Positions 50,573 through 59,856 of a stretch of 64,000 nucleotides of DNA are shown here, one piece after another. How positions within the stretch are numbered: position 1 is the stretch's first letter; each line of letters starts with the position of its first letter. The position numbers and the translations under genes were made by a program. Origin of the DNA: a bacterium (lineage in GTDB: Bacteria; UBA8248). The notes beneath the pieces are model-generated. The model was not told where the DNA came from. It did not search any database and worked only from the letters and a program-made list of their open reading frames with translations. The stretch spans positions 960,001 to 1,024,000 of the forward strand of contig CBDATS010000004.1 of assembly GCA_965200245.1 (NCBI GenBank), in the 5' to 3' direction.

Positions 50573-50587
50573 GGTTCCTTGAATCCC

Positions 50588-51166
50588 TTATACGATGCTG
50601 CGGCCCGCAAGCCTCGTGGCAATTTCACCCGCCAGGCGGCCTGCGTTATTCTCGAGTTCGGTAACAGCCTGTTTCGACTGGGCCGCGATGGACTGGCGCG
50701 TTTCCTCGATCTCGCGATTTGTTCTCTCGCGAATCTCATCAAGGCGATTGCGCGTCGCCTCTGTCATCTCCTGCTGAAGTGCAATCAGGGCTTCGGTGTT
50801 CTCGCGCTGAATCTCCGCCAATGCGTCCTCATACTGGCTAATGTAGCCTGCCGCCTCGCTCTTGTCACGTTCGGCGATTTCAAGGTCGCCGGTGATCTGC
50901 GCATCTCGGGATTCCATATGGTTCAACAGGGGTTTGATGAGGATTTTGTTCAGGACGACCAGAAGAATCAGGAAATTGACCCACTGAATCAAGATAACGA
51001 CCGGGTTGATGACCAGAGCACCGCTTCCCACGTTGAAAGCTGCGAGCCAGGCGCCGAAACCGCTTGTTGGCGCACTCGCCGCCCATGACACGGAAGGCAC
51101 AGCCAATAGCGTCAGAATCGGCGTCAGGCAAAATGCGAGTCGTTTCAGCAGGACAAGGCGGATCAT
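50588..51166 (-). CDS. ATP synthase F0 subunit b' (second b-type subunit)
   Basis: QWVNFLILLVVLNKILIKP..R, coiled coil, C-terminal LAGR. Confidence 0.88.
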   Translation of the reverse strand: MIRLVLLKRLAFCLTPILTLLAVPSVSWAASAPTSGFGAWLAAFNVGSGALVINPVVILIQWVNFLILLVVLNKILIKPLLNHMESRDAQITGDLEIAERDKSEAAGYISQYEDALAEIQRENTEALIALQQEMTEATRNRLDEIRERTNREIEETRQSIAAQSKQAVTELENNAGRLAGEIATRLAGRSIV

Positions 51167-51310
51167 GGTTTCCTCTGCGTACTGTTCCCTGCCGGGCGCA
51201 AACCCACTCCCATGAGGTCAGGCGCTTCCACGAAAACCGTCGGGGAATGGCGTATGAATTCGTATGGTTTTCAGGGGATTCCCTAGAAGTCTCGCCCTGA
51301 AAAACGCTTA

Positions 51311-51339
51311 AAACTACCCACAGCCTTAGGTGAAGTCAA
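51311..51339 (-). promoter_or_regulatory. Sigma70-type promoter of the atp operon
   Basis: TTGACT-N17-TAGTTT on the minus strand. Confidence 0.55.
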
Positions 51340-51487
51340 GCCCCGGAAGCATTTTTTCCAAGTTCCTCGATTCGGAGCCACAGGCCCCTGCACCGGGACC
51401 GCTGTGTCTCCTCGTGTGCGGGGATTTATGGTATTTTCCGGACATCTGAATTCCCGCGCATCGCCTGCCTCATTCATGGAGAGAGCA

Positions 51488-52480
51488 ATGAAATTCGTTA
51501 CGTTCGAAATCCCTACCCCCTTGGGGAACGCCACGCGCATCGGAGCATTGGCAGAAGGCGCGAACGTCCCAATCGCCCTAGATCTCGCCCACGGCTATGC
51601 TGCGTTCCTTCGCGAAGAAGGCACCGAGCCGCGTTTTTGTGAATTCGCCAATTTCAGGCTCCCCCAGGACATGTGCGAATTGATGGCAGGCGGCGAACCC
51701 TCGCTCGAAGCCGCCCGTGCAGCACAGAAATTCATCCTGGCCAACCCGGAAAGACGCGGGCCGCGTGGGGAGCAACTCGCCTTTTCTCTCCGTGAAGTTC
51801 GTTTGCGTGCGCCGGCGCCCCGGCCCGTAACATTTCGCGATTTCCTGATCCACGAGGGTCACAAGGCGGCGGGCGCGCGGCGGCGGAACACCACCATCGA
51901 TCCCGTCTGGTACGAACTTCCTTCCTGTTACAAGGGAAATCGCCTGACCATTATCGGCCCGGAGGATGAACTGAAATGGCCGCGCTTTACGGAAAAGCTG
52001 GACTATGAGCTGGAACTCGCCATGTTCATCGGGAAGCGCGGCAAGGACATCATGCAGCAGGACGCCATGGATCACGTATTCGGCTACAGCGTCCTGAACG
52101 ATTTCAGCGCGCGCGACATACAGATCGCCGAGATGAGAAACTGGCTAGGACCCCACAAAGGCAAGGATTTTGGAACGGCCATCGGCCCGTGCATCGTCAC
52201 GGCGGATGAGTTCGACCCCACCGACGCGGTAATGATCGCCCGCGTGAATGGCGAGGAATGGAGCCGGGGCAACGCGGGCGACGCCTACTACTCATGGGAA
52301 AGGATGATCGAGTATGCCTCGATGGAAGAAGAACTCGTTCCGGGCGAAATGTTCGGCTCGGGCACCGTGGCTACTGGCTGCGGCGCGGACCTCGACAGAT
52401 GGATAAAGCCTGGAGACGTGATTGAACTCGAAATCGAGGGTATCGGCATTCTCAAAAACATGATTGTGAAAGAAGCTTAA
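51488..52480 (+). CDS. Fumarylacetoacetate hydrolase family protein
   Basis: RDF...EGH, YKGN, DYELE, NDFSARD, KGKDF, GSGT. Confidence 0.9.
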   Translation: MKFVTFEIPTPLGNATRIGALAEGANVPIALDLAHGYAAFLREEGTEPRFCEFANFRLPQDMCELMAGGEPSLEAARAAQKFILANPERRGPRGEQLAFSLREVRLRAPAPRPVTFRDFLIHEGHKAAGARRRNTTIDPVWYELPSCYKGNRLTIIGPEDELKWPRFTEKLDYELELAMFIGKRGKDIMQQDAMDHVFGYSVLNDFSARDIQIAEMRNWLGPHKGKDFGTAIGPCIVTADEFDPTDAVMIARVNGEEWSRGNAGDAYYSWERMIEYASMEEELVPGEMFGSGTVATGCGADLDRWIKPGDVIELEIEGIGILKNMIVKEA

Positions 52481-53004
52481 AGAGCAGGCCGCCACTCGCG
52501 CAGTTTCAACGCCGTGTTCCATATTAGGCCATGTCGGGGATGCCCGAACCGGGTCGGAGACCCCAGGGCGTGGACACGGACTCCATCAAGCAGGTGTGAG
52601 ACTCGGGAGATTCTCTTCTCGTATTTCCCGGGATCGGCACCATTCGGATTCCCCCAAGCGACCAGCACCATGCCTGCGCCGTCCAGACTCCTCTTTATCC
52701 ACGTATCGTTGTCTCGCCCCACCATCACCCGGTAAGGGTGGGCGTTCAACTCTTCGGGATAAGGGGAGCGAAGAGCGAAAAGGTTCACGATCCGGATCCG
52801 ATCGAAGCGGTTCCTGCGCGCCCAAGCCTCGACTTTCCCCACGGTGCGGTCACTTCTCTGCACGGATGCCGTGGAAGGGTTCTTCAGGATAAAGACGAGC
52901 GTCCGCGCACCCTCTTCCGCAATTCGCACCTCCAGAAAATAGCGATACCGCCCATATCGCCGGGGCACGCATTCGGTGATCTCTCTCGCCATTTTCTGCG
53001 GCAT
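52477..53004 (-). CDS. DUF1643-like protein
   Basis: YRY.L, FILKNPSTA...D.T, VNLFALRS, VAWG, GHPRH. Confidence 0.75.
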   Translation of the reverse strand: MPQKMAREITECVPRRYGRYRYFLEVRIAEEGARTLVFILKNPSTASVQRSDRTVGKVEAWARRNRFDRIRIVNLFALRSPYPEELNAHPYRVMVGRDNDTWIKRSLDGAGMVLVAWGNPNGADPGKYEKRISRVSHLLDGVRVHALGSPTRFGHPRHGLIWNTALKLREWRPAL

Positions 53005-53068
53005 GCTTTTCCTTCCCCGGAAAAGAGCCATACAATGTACGCCCTGTCATTCAAGCGAAAGGACGGTC

Positions 53069-53845
53069 ATGCCATACGAAAACCTGCTCTATGAGGTAGA
53101 AGGGCCATTGGCCCTCATTATCATCAACCGCCCCGATCGACATAATGCCATATCCCTGGCCACATTGGACGATCTCCACGCCGCCATCGCAGAGGCGGCC
53201 GGGGATGAGGCCGTCCGCGTGATCGCCATTACCGGGGCAGGTGACAGGGCGTTCGCCTCGGGTTCCGATCTCAAGGAAGTCGAACACAGGAATCTGGCGA
53301 TTGCACTCACCCCCCTGGTGCAGGGAGTGGCGGAACGGCTCGAGAGAACACCCAAGGCGACGATTGCGGCCATCAACGGTTATTGCATGGGCGGGGGACT
53401 CGAAGTGGCGCTGGGTTGTGATTTGAGAGTCGCTACGCCGCAGTCCAGGTTCGCAACGCCGGAGGGAAGAATCGGCATTATCCCGGGAGGAGGCGCCACA
53501 CAGCGCTTGCCCAGGCTCATCGGTCGTGCCTGGGCGATGGAGATGCTCCTGATGGGAGAAACTATCGATGCCGAACGCGCATTGAAGATCGGCCTCATTA
53601 CCCGGCTGGTCGAGGCGGAGGAACTCACGCCCACAGTCAGGAAGATGGCCGAGAAACTGGCCGGTTATGCGCCTTTCGTGCCTCAGTTCATGAAGGCCAT
53701 GGTGCATTACGGCATGGAGGGCAGCATGACGGCGGGTCTTGCGCTCGAAAAATTCGCCCAAGGCGCGCTCTGCGAAACCGAGGACAAGGCGGAGGGTCTG
53801 CGCGCTTTTCTGGAAAAGAGAAAGCCAGAATGGAAGGGCCGATGA
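53069..53845 (+). CDS. Enoyl-CoA hydratase
   Basis: FASGSDL, GGGLE, PEG.IGIIPGGG (both catalytic Glu), EGLRAFLEKR. Confidence 0.92.
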   Translation: MPYENLLYEVEGPLALIIINRPDRHNAISLATLDDLHAAIAEAAGDEAVRVIAITGAGDRAFASGSDLKEVEHRNLAIALTPLVQGVAERLERTPKATIAAINGYCMGGGLEVALGCDLRVATPQSRFATPEGRIGIIPGGGATQRLPRLIGRAWAMEMLLMGETIDAERALKIGLITRLVEAEELTPTVRKMAEKLAGYAPFVPQFMKAMVHYGMEGSMTAGLALEKFAQGALCETEDKAEGLRAFLEKRKPEWKGR

Positions 53846-53846
53846 G

Positions 53847-54269
53847 TTGAGCCTTGAAGTCGCAGGCGTGCTGGAGACGTGCATCTACGCCGGGGACCTC
53901 AATGCGGCGGAGGTATTTTACCGCTCCGTTTTGGGGCTGGAGGCCTTTCAGAGAGCACCGGGCCGACATGTTTTCTTTCGCTGCGGGCCGCATGCGGTCT
54001 TTCTTGTCTTCAACCCCGAGGCGACGGCCAAACCCGATATGAAGCTCGGCGTGCCGATGCATGGCGCCACGGGGCCGGGGCACGTGACGTTCTCCATACG
54101 GGAGGCCGATTTGCCCGTCTGGCAGGAACGTCTGGGCACGCAGGGCGTGGAAATCGAGAAGGAAGTCGACTTGCCCGGCGGCGGGCGATCCATCTATTTC
54201 AGGGACCCGGCGGGGAACAGCGTGGAGCTTGCTTCGCCGCGCATCTGGAGGCTCGAGGAGCCTCGCTAA
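53847..54269 (+). CDS. VOC/glyoxalase family protein
   Basis: LETCIY..DL..A..FY..VLGL, HG..G.GH..F, RSIYFRDPAGNSVE. Confidence 0.88.
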   Translation: MSLEVAGVLETCIYAGDLNAAEVFYRSVLGLEAFQRAPGRHVFFRCGPHAVFLVFNPEATAKPDMKLGVPMHGATGPGHVTFSIREADLPVWQERLGTQGVEIEKEVDLPGGGRSIYFRDPAGNSVELASPRIWRLEEPR

Positions 54270-54530
54270 ACCTGAAACATCGTAAATGCTTCCGATTTCC
54301 GACCGAAACGCTGGCGCTTGCGAGCATTTGTCCCTTTTCAGAATGTTGCGCAGGGGAGGGCGGCACTACTCCTCAAACCTGCATTTTGAGGCCTCTCGGT
54401 TATTTGCTACCATGGCGTATTCCCATTGGGAATGGATGTATCGTAGTTCGTTATCACCCGGGCAGTCTTTTCGTTGCCTGAGGAAACCGGTCTTCTTTTT
54501 CTTTCTGTCATTATCCAAGGAGGGAATCAC

Positions 54531-55499
54531 ATGAAACGCACCTGCTTCAGCATCTTGGTCGCGATTGGCGCCGCATTCGTTTTCACCGCTGCAGCATCGG
54601 CGCAGTCGATCACCATTCTTGGCGGCGGTCTCAAGGGCCAGCCCTATCAGTTCGCCGTGGGGCTGAGCAAGATTCTCAAGTCGAAGGCGGGCATCAGCGC
54701 CACTCCGCAATCGGCCAAGGGCATGGTGGCGCAGGCACGCATCATTGCCAAGGGGCAGGCACAGTTCGCGTGGGGTCTCGGCGGTCCGGTGGGCGCATGG
54801 GCCTACAAGGGCGAACGACGCTTCAAGAAAGAAGGCCCCAAGAAAAACCTGCGCGCCGTTCTGGCATATCCCTTCGGGCAGTTCCAGTGGCTGGCCTTGG
54901 CCGATTCGGGCATCATGAACCTGAAGGATGTGAAGGGCAAGAAGGTATCGGTGGGTTCCGCCGCCAGCACCACACAGACATATGCGCGCTACTTCCTGCC
55001 CGCCCACGGCCTCAAGAAGGGCGATTACAAGGAAACCACGCCCGGCTTCCGGGGCGGATTCGGCCAGTTGCGAAACGGCAACGTCGTCGCCCACCTCACG
55101 ATGGGTATGGCGCCGATGGGCCTAGTTCAGGAATTGGCCGCGCTCAAGAAAATCCGTCTGGTGGACATGGACGAAGCCGCCGTGAAGCACGTGGTCGCCA
55201 CCTACGGCCCCGGCCTGACAGCGACCACAATTGCACCGGGCACCTATGGAAAGATCCAGCTGAACAAGAAAGCGGCAAGAAGCATCTTCATCAACTTCGG
55301 GTTCTCCACCAGTACGCACGTGGGCGCCGACACCGTGTACAAGGTCACGAAAACCCTGTTCGGCAACCTCAAGGAGTTCCACGGCACAGCCAAGGCGGCG
55401 AAGAACGTCACGCTCGCGGGTGCCTGCCAGGGACTTTCCTTCCCGCTACACGAAGGCGCCAAGCGCTACTACAAGGAAGCGGGCGCCAAAGGCTGCTAG
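54531..55499 (+). CDS. TAXI-family TRAP transporter solute-binding protein
   Basis: Signal peptide, D.KGKKVSVG, VYKVTK.LF.N, PLHEGAKRYYKE. Confidence 0.9.
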   Translation: MKRTCFSILVAIGAAFVFTAAASAQSITILGGGLKGQPYQFAVGLSKILKSKAGISATPQSAKGMVAQARIIAKGQAQFAWGLGGPVGAWAYKGERRFKKEGPKKNLRAVLAYPFGQFQWLALADSGIMNLKDVKGKKVSVGSAASTTQTYARYFLPAHGLKKGDYKETTPGFRGGFGQLRNGNVVAHLTMGMAPMGLVQELAALKKIRLVDMDEAAVKHVVATYGPGLTATTIAPGTYGKIQLNKKAARSIFINFGFSTSTHVGADTVYKVTKTLFGNLKEFHGTAKAAKNVTLAGACQGLSFPLHEGAKRYYKEAGAKGC

Positions 55500-55523
55500 C
55501 ACGCTTCACGCGTTCCGGGCATC

Positions 55524-55588
55524 AGGAATCCTCCCCCCCTGTGGACTTTCACCTCAGCAGGGGGGGGGGGGGGGGGGGGAGGATTCCT
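55524..55588 (+). repeat. Intergenic hairpin whose 3' arm contains a 20-nt poly-G run
   Basis: AGGAATCCT-C7-TG..CA-G20-AGGATTCCT. G run at 55560-55579. Confidence 0.8.
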
Positions 55589-55616
55589 TGCCTCATCTCC
55601 GGGGGTGTGAAACGTA

Positions 55617-58019
55617 TTGGACACCTACCGCAGGATCAACCCCAAAATCGTAACGGCGATCGCACTGGGTTTTTCCCTGTTCGAACTCTACACCGTCGGC
55701 TTCGGGATTCTCTCGCCCTTCGCCCAGCGGGCGACCATGCTCGTCTTTGCAAGCGTTCTGGTCTTCCTCATGAGGCCCATGCTGAACTGGCACGAGCGTG
55801 GGGGGTTGGCTCCACCCGCCCGTGCGTTCGCCATTGGGTGGGACGCGCTCTTCATCGGGCTGGCACTTTATTCGTGCATCTATCTCATTGTCGAGGAGGA
55901 CGCACTGGCGGACAGGAGCGGGGCCGAGACCACGATCGACCTGATCGTCGCGGGGCTGGGCCCCCTCATGTTGCTCGAGATGGTGCGCCGCGCGGTGGGC
56001 GTTCCGCTCTTCATCGTGACGCTGTGCATCGTAATCTACGCCTACTTGGGCGACGTGACGCTCATCTTCTTCTCCTGCGTAATCGTATTCATGAGCCTCA
56101 ATCGATATGCGGGCCTGAAGTACGCGCTGGGCTTCGCCGCACTCGCCGTCCTGTTCCTGCTCCTGCCCGGACGCGGTTTTCTGGACCCCGGCATCTATCC
56201 CTTCAAGGGCGAGGAGCACAGCCGGCTGGCCGCCTATCTGTGGCTTACCTCGGAGGGCACGTTCGGAACCATTTCGGCAATCATGAGCGAGTTCATTTTC
56301 ATCTTCATTCTGTTCTCGGCCCTCTTGGAAGCGACCGGGACAGGGCAGATGTTCATCAACCTCGCTTTCGCGCTTACGGGACGGTTCCGAGGCGGACCCG
56401 CCCAGGCAGCGGTCGTGGCGAGTTCGATGTTCGGCATGGTATCGGGCTCCACGATGGCCAACGTGGTGAGTACCGGCACGTTCACCATACCGCTCATGAT
56501 CCGTACCGGATTCTCGCGTCTGTTCGCGGGCGCAGTGGAGGCAGTGGCCTCGTGCGGCGGGCAAATCGTGCCGCCCATCATGGGCGCGAGCGTCTTCATC
56601 ATGTCTGAAATCATCGAAGTTCCCTATGTCTATCTGATGCTCTACGGACTGATTCCCGCCTTTCTCTATTACTTCAGCCTTTCCACATCGATCTATTTCG
56701 AAGCGCGCAGGCTCGGGCTGGAAAGAATGGACAAATCGGAAATTCCCGACGCGCGCGAGCAGGTGCAGCAGGGGGGCTTCCTGCTGATTCCCGTGCTTAT
56801 CCTGTTGGCCAGCATCGTGAGCGGCGAGACACCCGGCCTTGCGGGGTACAAGGCCGTAGTTTCACTCCTCGTGATGGTCGACCTCGTGCGCTCGCTAAGA
56901 CACATACGGGCACGCACTGGAAAGCAGGGCGTCTGTCTTGCGGGTGCGCTGATTCTGGCAGCCGTCTTCTTCGCTTTCGGGCCGGTGAGTGCGCCGGCGG
57001 CCGTCTCGCAAAACACTACCCTTCCTCTCCTGGGCGAGGTTCCGCTCCACAAGTTCGTGCTGGTGTCCCTCGGGGTCTGCTTCGCGGCGATTCCGGGGTG
57101 GCGCGGGCTCCCCATTGTTTTTCCAGTTGCACTGGGAGTGGCGCGCTGGAAGATACCATCTGAACTCGCATGGATAGGCCAAATACCCTATGTCGGCCTT
57201 TTGCTGCCCGCCGCATTGTTCTTGCTGGTGGTTTACCTGATCGCCCTTGCCGTGTTCCAGGCGGGGGAGACGCCTGATCCGAAGACGAGCGCGCGCGAAC
57301 TGGGCAAAGCCGCGTTCAAGAGCCTGGAATCGGGGGCGAAAAATTCACTCGGCCTGGTTGCGGCCACATCCGCCATCGGTCTTATCGTCGGCCTGTTGGT
57401 GCTCGTAGCGGTAGGCGTGCGCATATCGATTCTGGTGACGGAGATGGCCGCGACTTCACTGTTCCTGGCCTTTTTCCTGGTGATGATCGCCTCGCTCGTC
57501 ATGGGTATGGGATTGCCGACCATCGCTGCATACCTTCTTTTGGTGATCGTGGTGGCTCCCTCGGTCACGAACCTGGGCGCGCCGCTGGTGGCCGCGCACT
57601 TTTTCATCTTCTATTTTGGGGTCATCAGTTCCATCACGCCGCCCGTGGCTCTCGCCGCCTACGGCGCGTCGGGGATATCGGGCGCGAACCCGATGCAGAC
57701 GGGATTCACTGCCTGCAGGCTCGCGCTCAGCGCCTTCATCGTGCCCTATCTGTTTGTCTACTACCCCGAACTCCTCCTGCTCCAGGGGACATTCTGGACG
57801 GTGGCCTACCGGCTCGCCGTGAGCTGCGCAGGCATCGCCCTTCTTTCGATGGCGACGATGGGATTCGGCAGGGCACCCATGAGCGACACGCTGCGCACGG
57901 TAATGATAGGTGCGTCCCTCCTCCTGTTCCTGGGACCCACATGGCTGCACGTTCTGGGACTGGCCGCGGGAGGCGCTATCCTCTTCCGGCAAAAGGCGGG
58001 TGGTACAGCCGCTACCTGA
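55617..58019 (+). CDS. TRAP transporter fused 4TM/12TM permease
   Basis: GRFRGGPA..AV, SGS..ANV..TG.FTIP, S.GGQI.PPIMG, GMGLPT, ITPPVALAA. Confidence 0.93.
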   Translation: MDTYRRINPKIVTAIALGFSLFELYTVGFGILSPFAQRATMLVFASVLVFLMRPMLNWHERGGLAPPARAFAIGWDALFIGLALYSCIYLIVEEDALADRSGAETTIDLIVAGLGPLMLLEMVRRAVGVPLFIVTLCIVIYAYLGDVTLIFFSCVIVFMSLNRYAGLKYALGFAALAVLFLLLPGRGFLDPGIYPFKGEEHSRLAAYLWLTSEGTFGTISAIMSEFIFIFILFSALLEATGTGQMFINLAFALTGRFRGGPAQAAVVASSMFGMVSGSTMANVVSTGTFTIPLMIRTGFSRLFAGAVEAVASCGGQIVPPIMGASVFIMSEIIEVPYVYLMLYGLIPAFLYYFSLSTSIYFEARRLGLERMDKSEIPDAREQVQQGGFLLIPVLILLASIVSGETPGLAGYKAVVSLLVMVDLVRSLRHIRARTGKQGVCLAGALILAAVFFAFGPVSAPAAVSQNTTLPLLGEVPLHKFVLVSLGVCFAAIPGWRGLPIVFPVALGVARWKIPSELAWIGQIPYVGLLLPAALFLLVVYLIALAVFQAGETPDPKTSARELGKAAFKSLESGAKNSLGLVAATSAIGLIVGLLVLVAVGVRISILVTEMAATSLFLAFFLVMIASLVMGMGLPTIAAYLLLVIVVAPSVTNLGAPLVAAHFFIFYFGVISSITPPVALAAYGASGISGANPMQTGFTACRLALSAFIVPYLFVYYPELLLLQGTFWTVAYRLAVSCAGIALLSMATMGFGRAPMSDTLRTVMIGASLLLFLGPTWLHVLGLAAGGAILFRQKAGGTAAT

Positions 58020-59628
58020 AGGTTACTTTTTTTGTTCCCTCGACTTCCCGGGGGAAGAGCGCCGCGTGGGTTTCCTCGAAAAGGTGTTTCCCCACGGCGA
58101 GTTGCATGGTGGCGGGCATGACCTTCTTCGCAAGGCGAATCATCTGCGTGGATTTATCGCGAATGTCCCACTGGGCGTGGGGATCTTCCCTGAGTCTCGA
58201 TACATGATATAGCTCACGCGCGTTCGCCGAGAACAGTACGCGACGTTTGTGCGCGTTCGTGAGCACGTAGGGTGCCGCCTGCGGCGTTTGAGCGGCAATT
58301 TTCTCATAAGCGGCGTTGGTTTCATCCACTGCGGCCTGAAACTCGGGATTTGCACCCGCCTCTTCGACAGCCCTGGGTATGGTAACGCCCAGGGTGAGGT
58401 CGTAGGGCTGGGTGTTCAGGGTGGACATCCGGTGGCGCTTCAACTGTCCGAAACACGCGGCCGAGAGCGTCACCTCGAACACGCAGCGTACGTTCTCGAA
58501 TTCACGCAGCACGGCGTCGTGCCCGCGCATGTGCCGGAAAGTGGAGGCGATGAAGCGCGTGCGTTCTTCGACGCTCATATTCCGTGCCGCCGCCTTGCAG
58601 CGTGCCATCGTTTTCCCTGAGGAAGAATGGAGGAGCGCCGCGATCACGAGTGCGTCCGCGTCCGGAGTGGCGTCGACCAGGGAAACGTCCTTTTCCTCGG
58701 CGATGAGCACAACCGGCGCGGATTCCTCGTCCATTTGCTCCATGACACTTAACGCTTCTTCCCGAAGCGCCGCCCGGGTGTGGACGTTGTATTCGGTCGG
58801 GTCCGTGTATTTCACGAGCGAGGGCGCCACGCCCTCCACGCATTCATAGAGCCGACGCGCGTATTCCCTGATTTCCGCGAGAGGGTTCGAAGCGCAGCGA
58901 CATATGACGTGTTCCAGGCTCCTCGCGCTGAGCGTCATGCCGATTTGTGATTCGGTGGCGAAAGAGACAATGTAGCGAGCGTCCTCCTTGGCCCAGCCCT
59001 CAAGCGTCTTGTGGTTCCTCTTGCTTGCGGCAAGTTCGGGGTTCTGGTCGAACACCCAGGGCCTGAGCTTCTCATAGAGTCTGTGGTAGCAGGCGTTCTG
59101 GGCCTTTATCGTCCGCAAGAACAGATCCCTCATCCCCGCTTTTTCGATCTCCTCAGGAATCACGAAATCGTCTGCGAGCAGGATGTATCGCTGGCTCTTT
59201 TCCGTATATGCCAGGAGCCTGAACTTCTGTATCTCCTCCACCGCGTAACGGCTCACGCCGATCACATCGATGTTGAAGCTCGCGTGCTCGGCCACGGAAC
59301 TGTGCCCGTAACCAAAAATGATGGTCTGGTTGCTCTTGCGCGCCTTTTCCACCTCGACGCTCGCGATAGCGCGCAACTCGCCAATGGGTCTGGGATCCCG
59401 GCTGATGCGCGCGTAGGACGCGCTGATGGGTTCGGGCGTCAGGTTGTCGCGTTCGAGAAAATTGGCGGACCGGCGCTGGAACTCCGCTGCCTGCGCGCGC
59501 AACTCGGCCTCGCTCATGACGTCGAGGCGGCTTTCCTCCCAGCCCTGGGCGGCGGGTTCGATGATCTCTTTTTTCATCTGGCGGAGTACGCCAACATCGA
59601 CGTTGTGACCGGCGAGAACAATACGCAT
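58012..59628 (-). CDS. thyX: FAD-dependent thymidylate synthase, two-domain form
   Basis: N-half YGHSSVAEH, EKSQRY, EDARY. C-half QLKRHR, NAREL.H...LR...HAQWDIR. Confidence 0.8.
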   Translation of the reverse strand: MRIVLAGHNVDVGVLRQMKKEIIEPAAQGWEESRLDVMSEAELRAQAAEFQRRSANFLERDNLTPEPISASYARISRDPRPIGELRAIASVEVEKARKSNQTIIFGYGHSSVAEHASFNIDVIGVSRYAVEEIQKFRLLAYTEKSQRYILLADDFVIPEEIEKAGMRDLFLRTIKAQNACYHRLYEKLRPWVFDQNPELAASKRNHKTLEGWAKEDARYIVSFATESQIGMTLSARSLEHVICRCASNPLAEIREYARRLYECVEGVAPSLVKYTDPTEYNVHTRAALREEALSVMEQMDEESAPVVLIAEEKDVSLVDATPDADALVIAALLHSSSGKTMARCKAAARNMSVEERTRFIASTFRHMRGHDAVLREFENVRCVFEVTLSAACFGQLKRHRMSTLNTQPYDLTLGVTIPRAVEEAGANPEFQAAVDETNAAYEKIAAQTPQAAPYVLTNAHKRRVLFSANARELYHVSRLREDPHAQWDIRDKSTQMIRLAKKVMPATMQLAVGKHLFEETHAALFPREVEGTKKVTFR

Positions 59629-59856
59629 CGGAGAAAGTTGTTTCCAATCGACAGGCGATATCTGTTTCAAGTTTGAAGCCTATTATGAACCCTGCTTGCC
59701 AAAAGAACAAGCGACACGTTTCAGCGGTGTACTTGGGTCGGGGTTCCTTCGATTACGCATCTTGTTAGTTGCGGTTTTTCAAGGGTTTTGGGATGATGTT
59801 CCTAAGCATTGCCGCTATAGATGCTTCGCATGCGCCTTCAGAGAAAGAGGAGACAC

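Noticed and set aside
54770-56608. 612-aa same-strand ORF spanning the poly-G tract
   Set aside because: Arg/Pro-rich alternate frame of the TRAP genes; its continuity depends on the uncertain G-run length.
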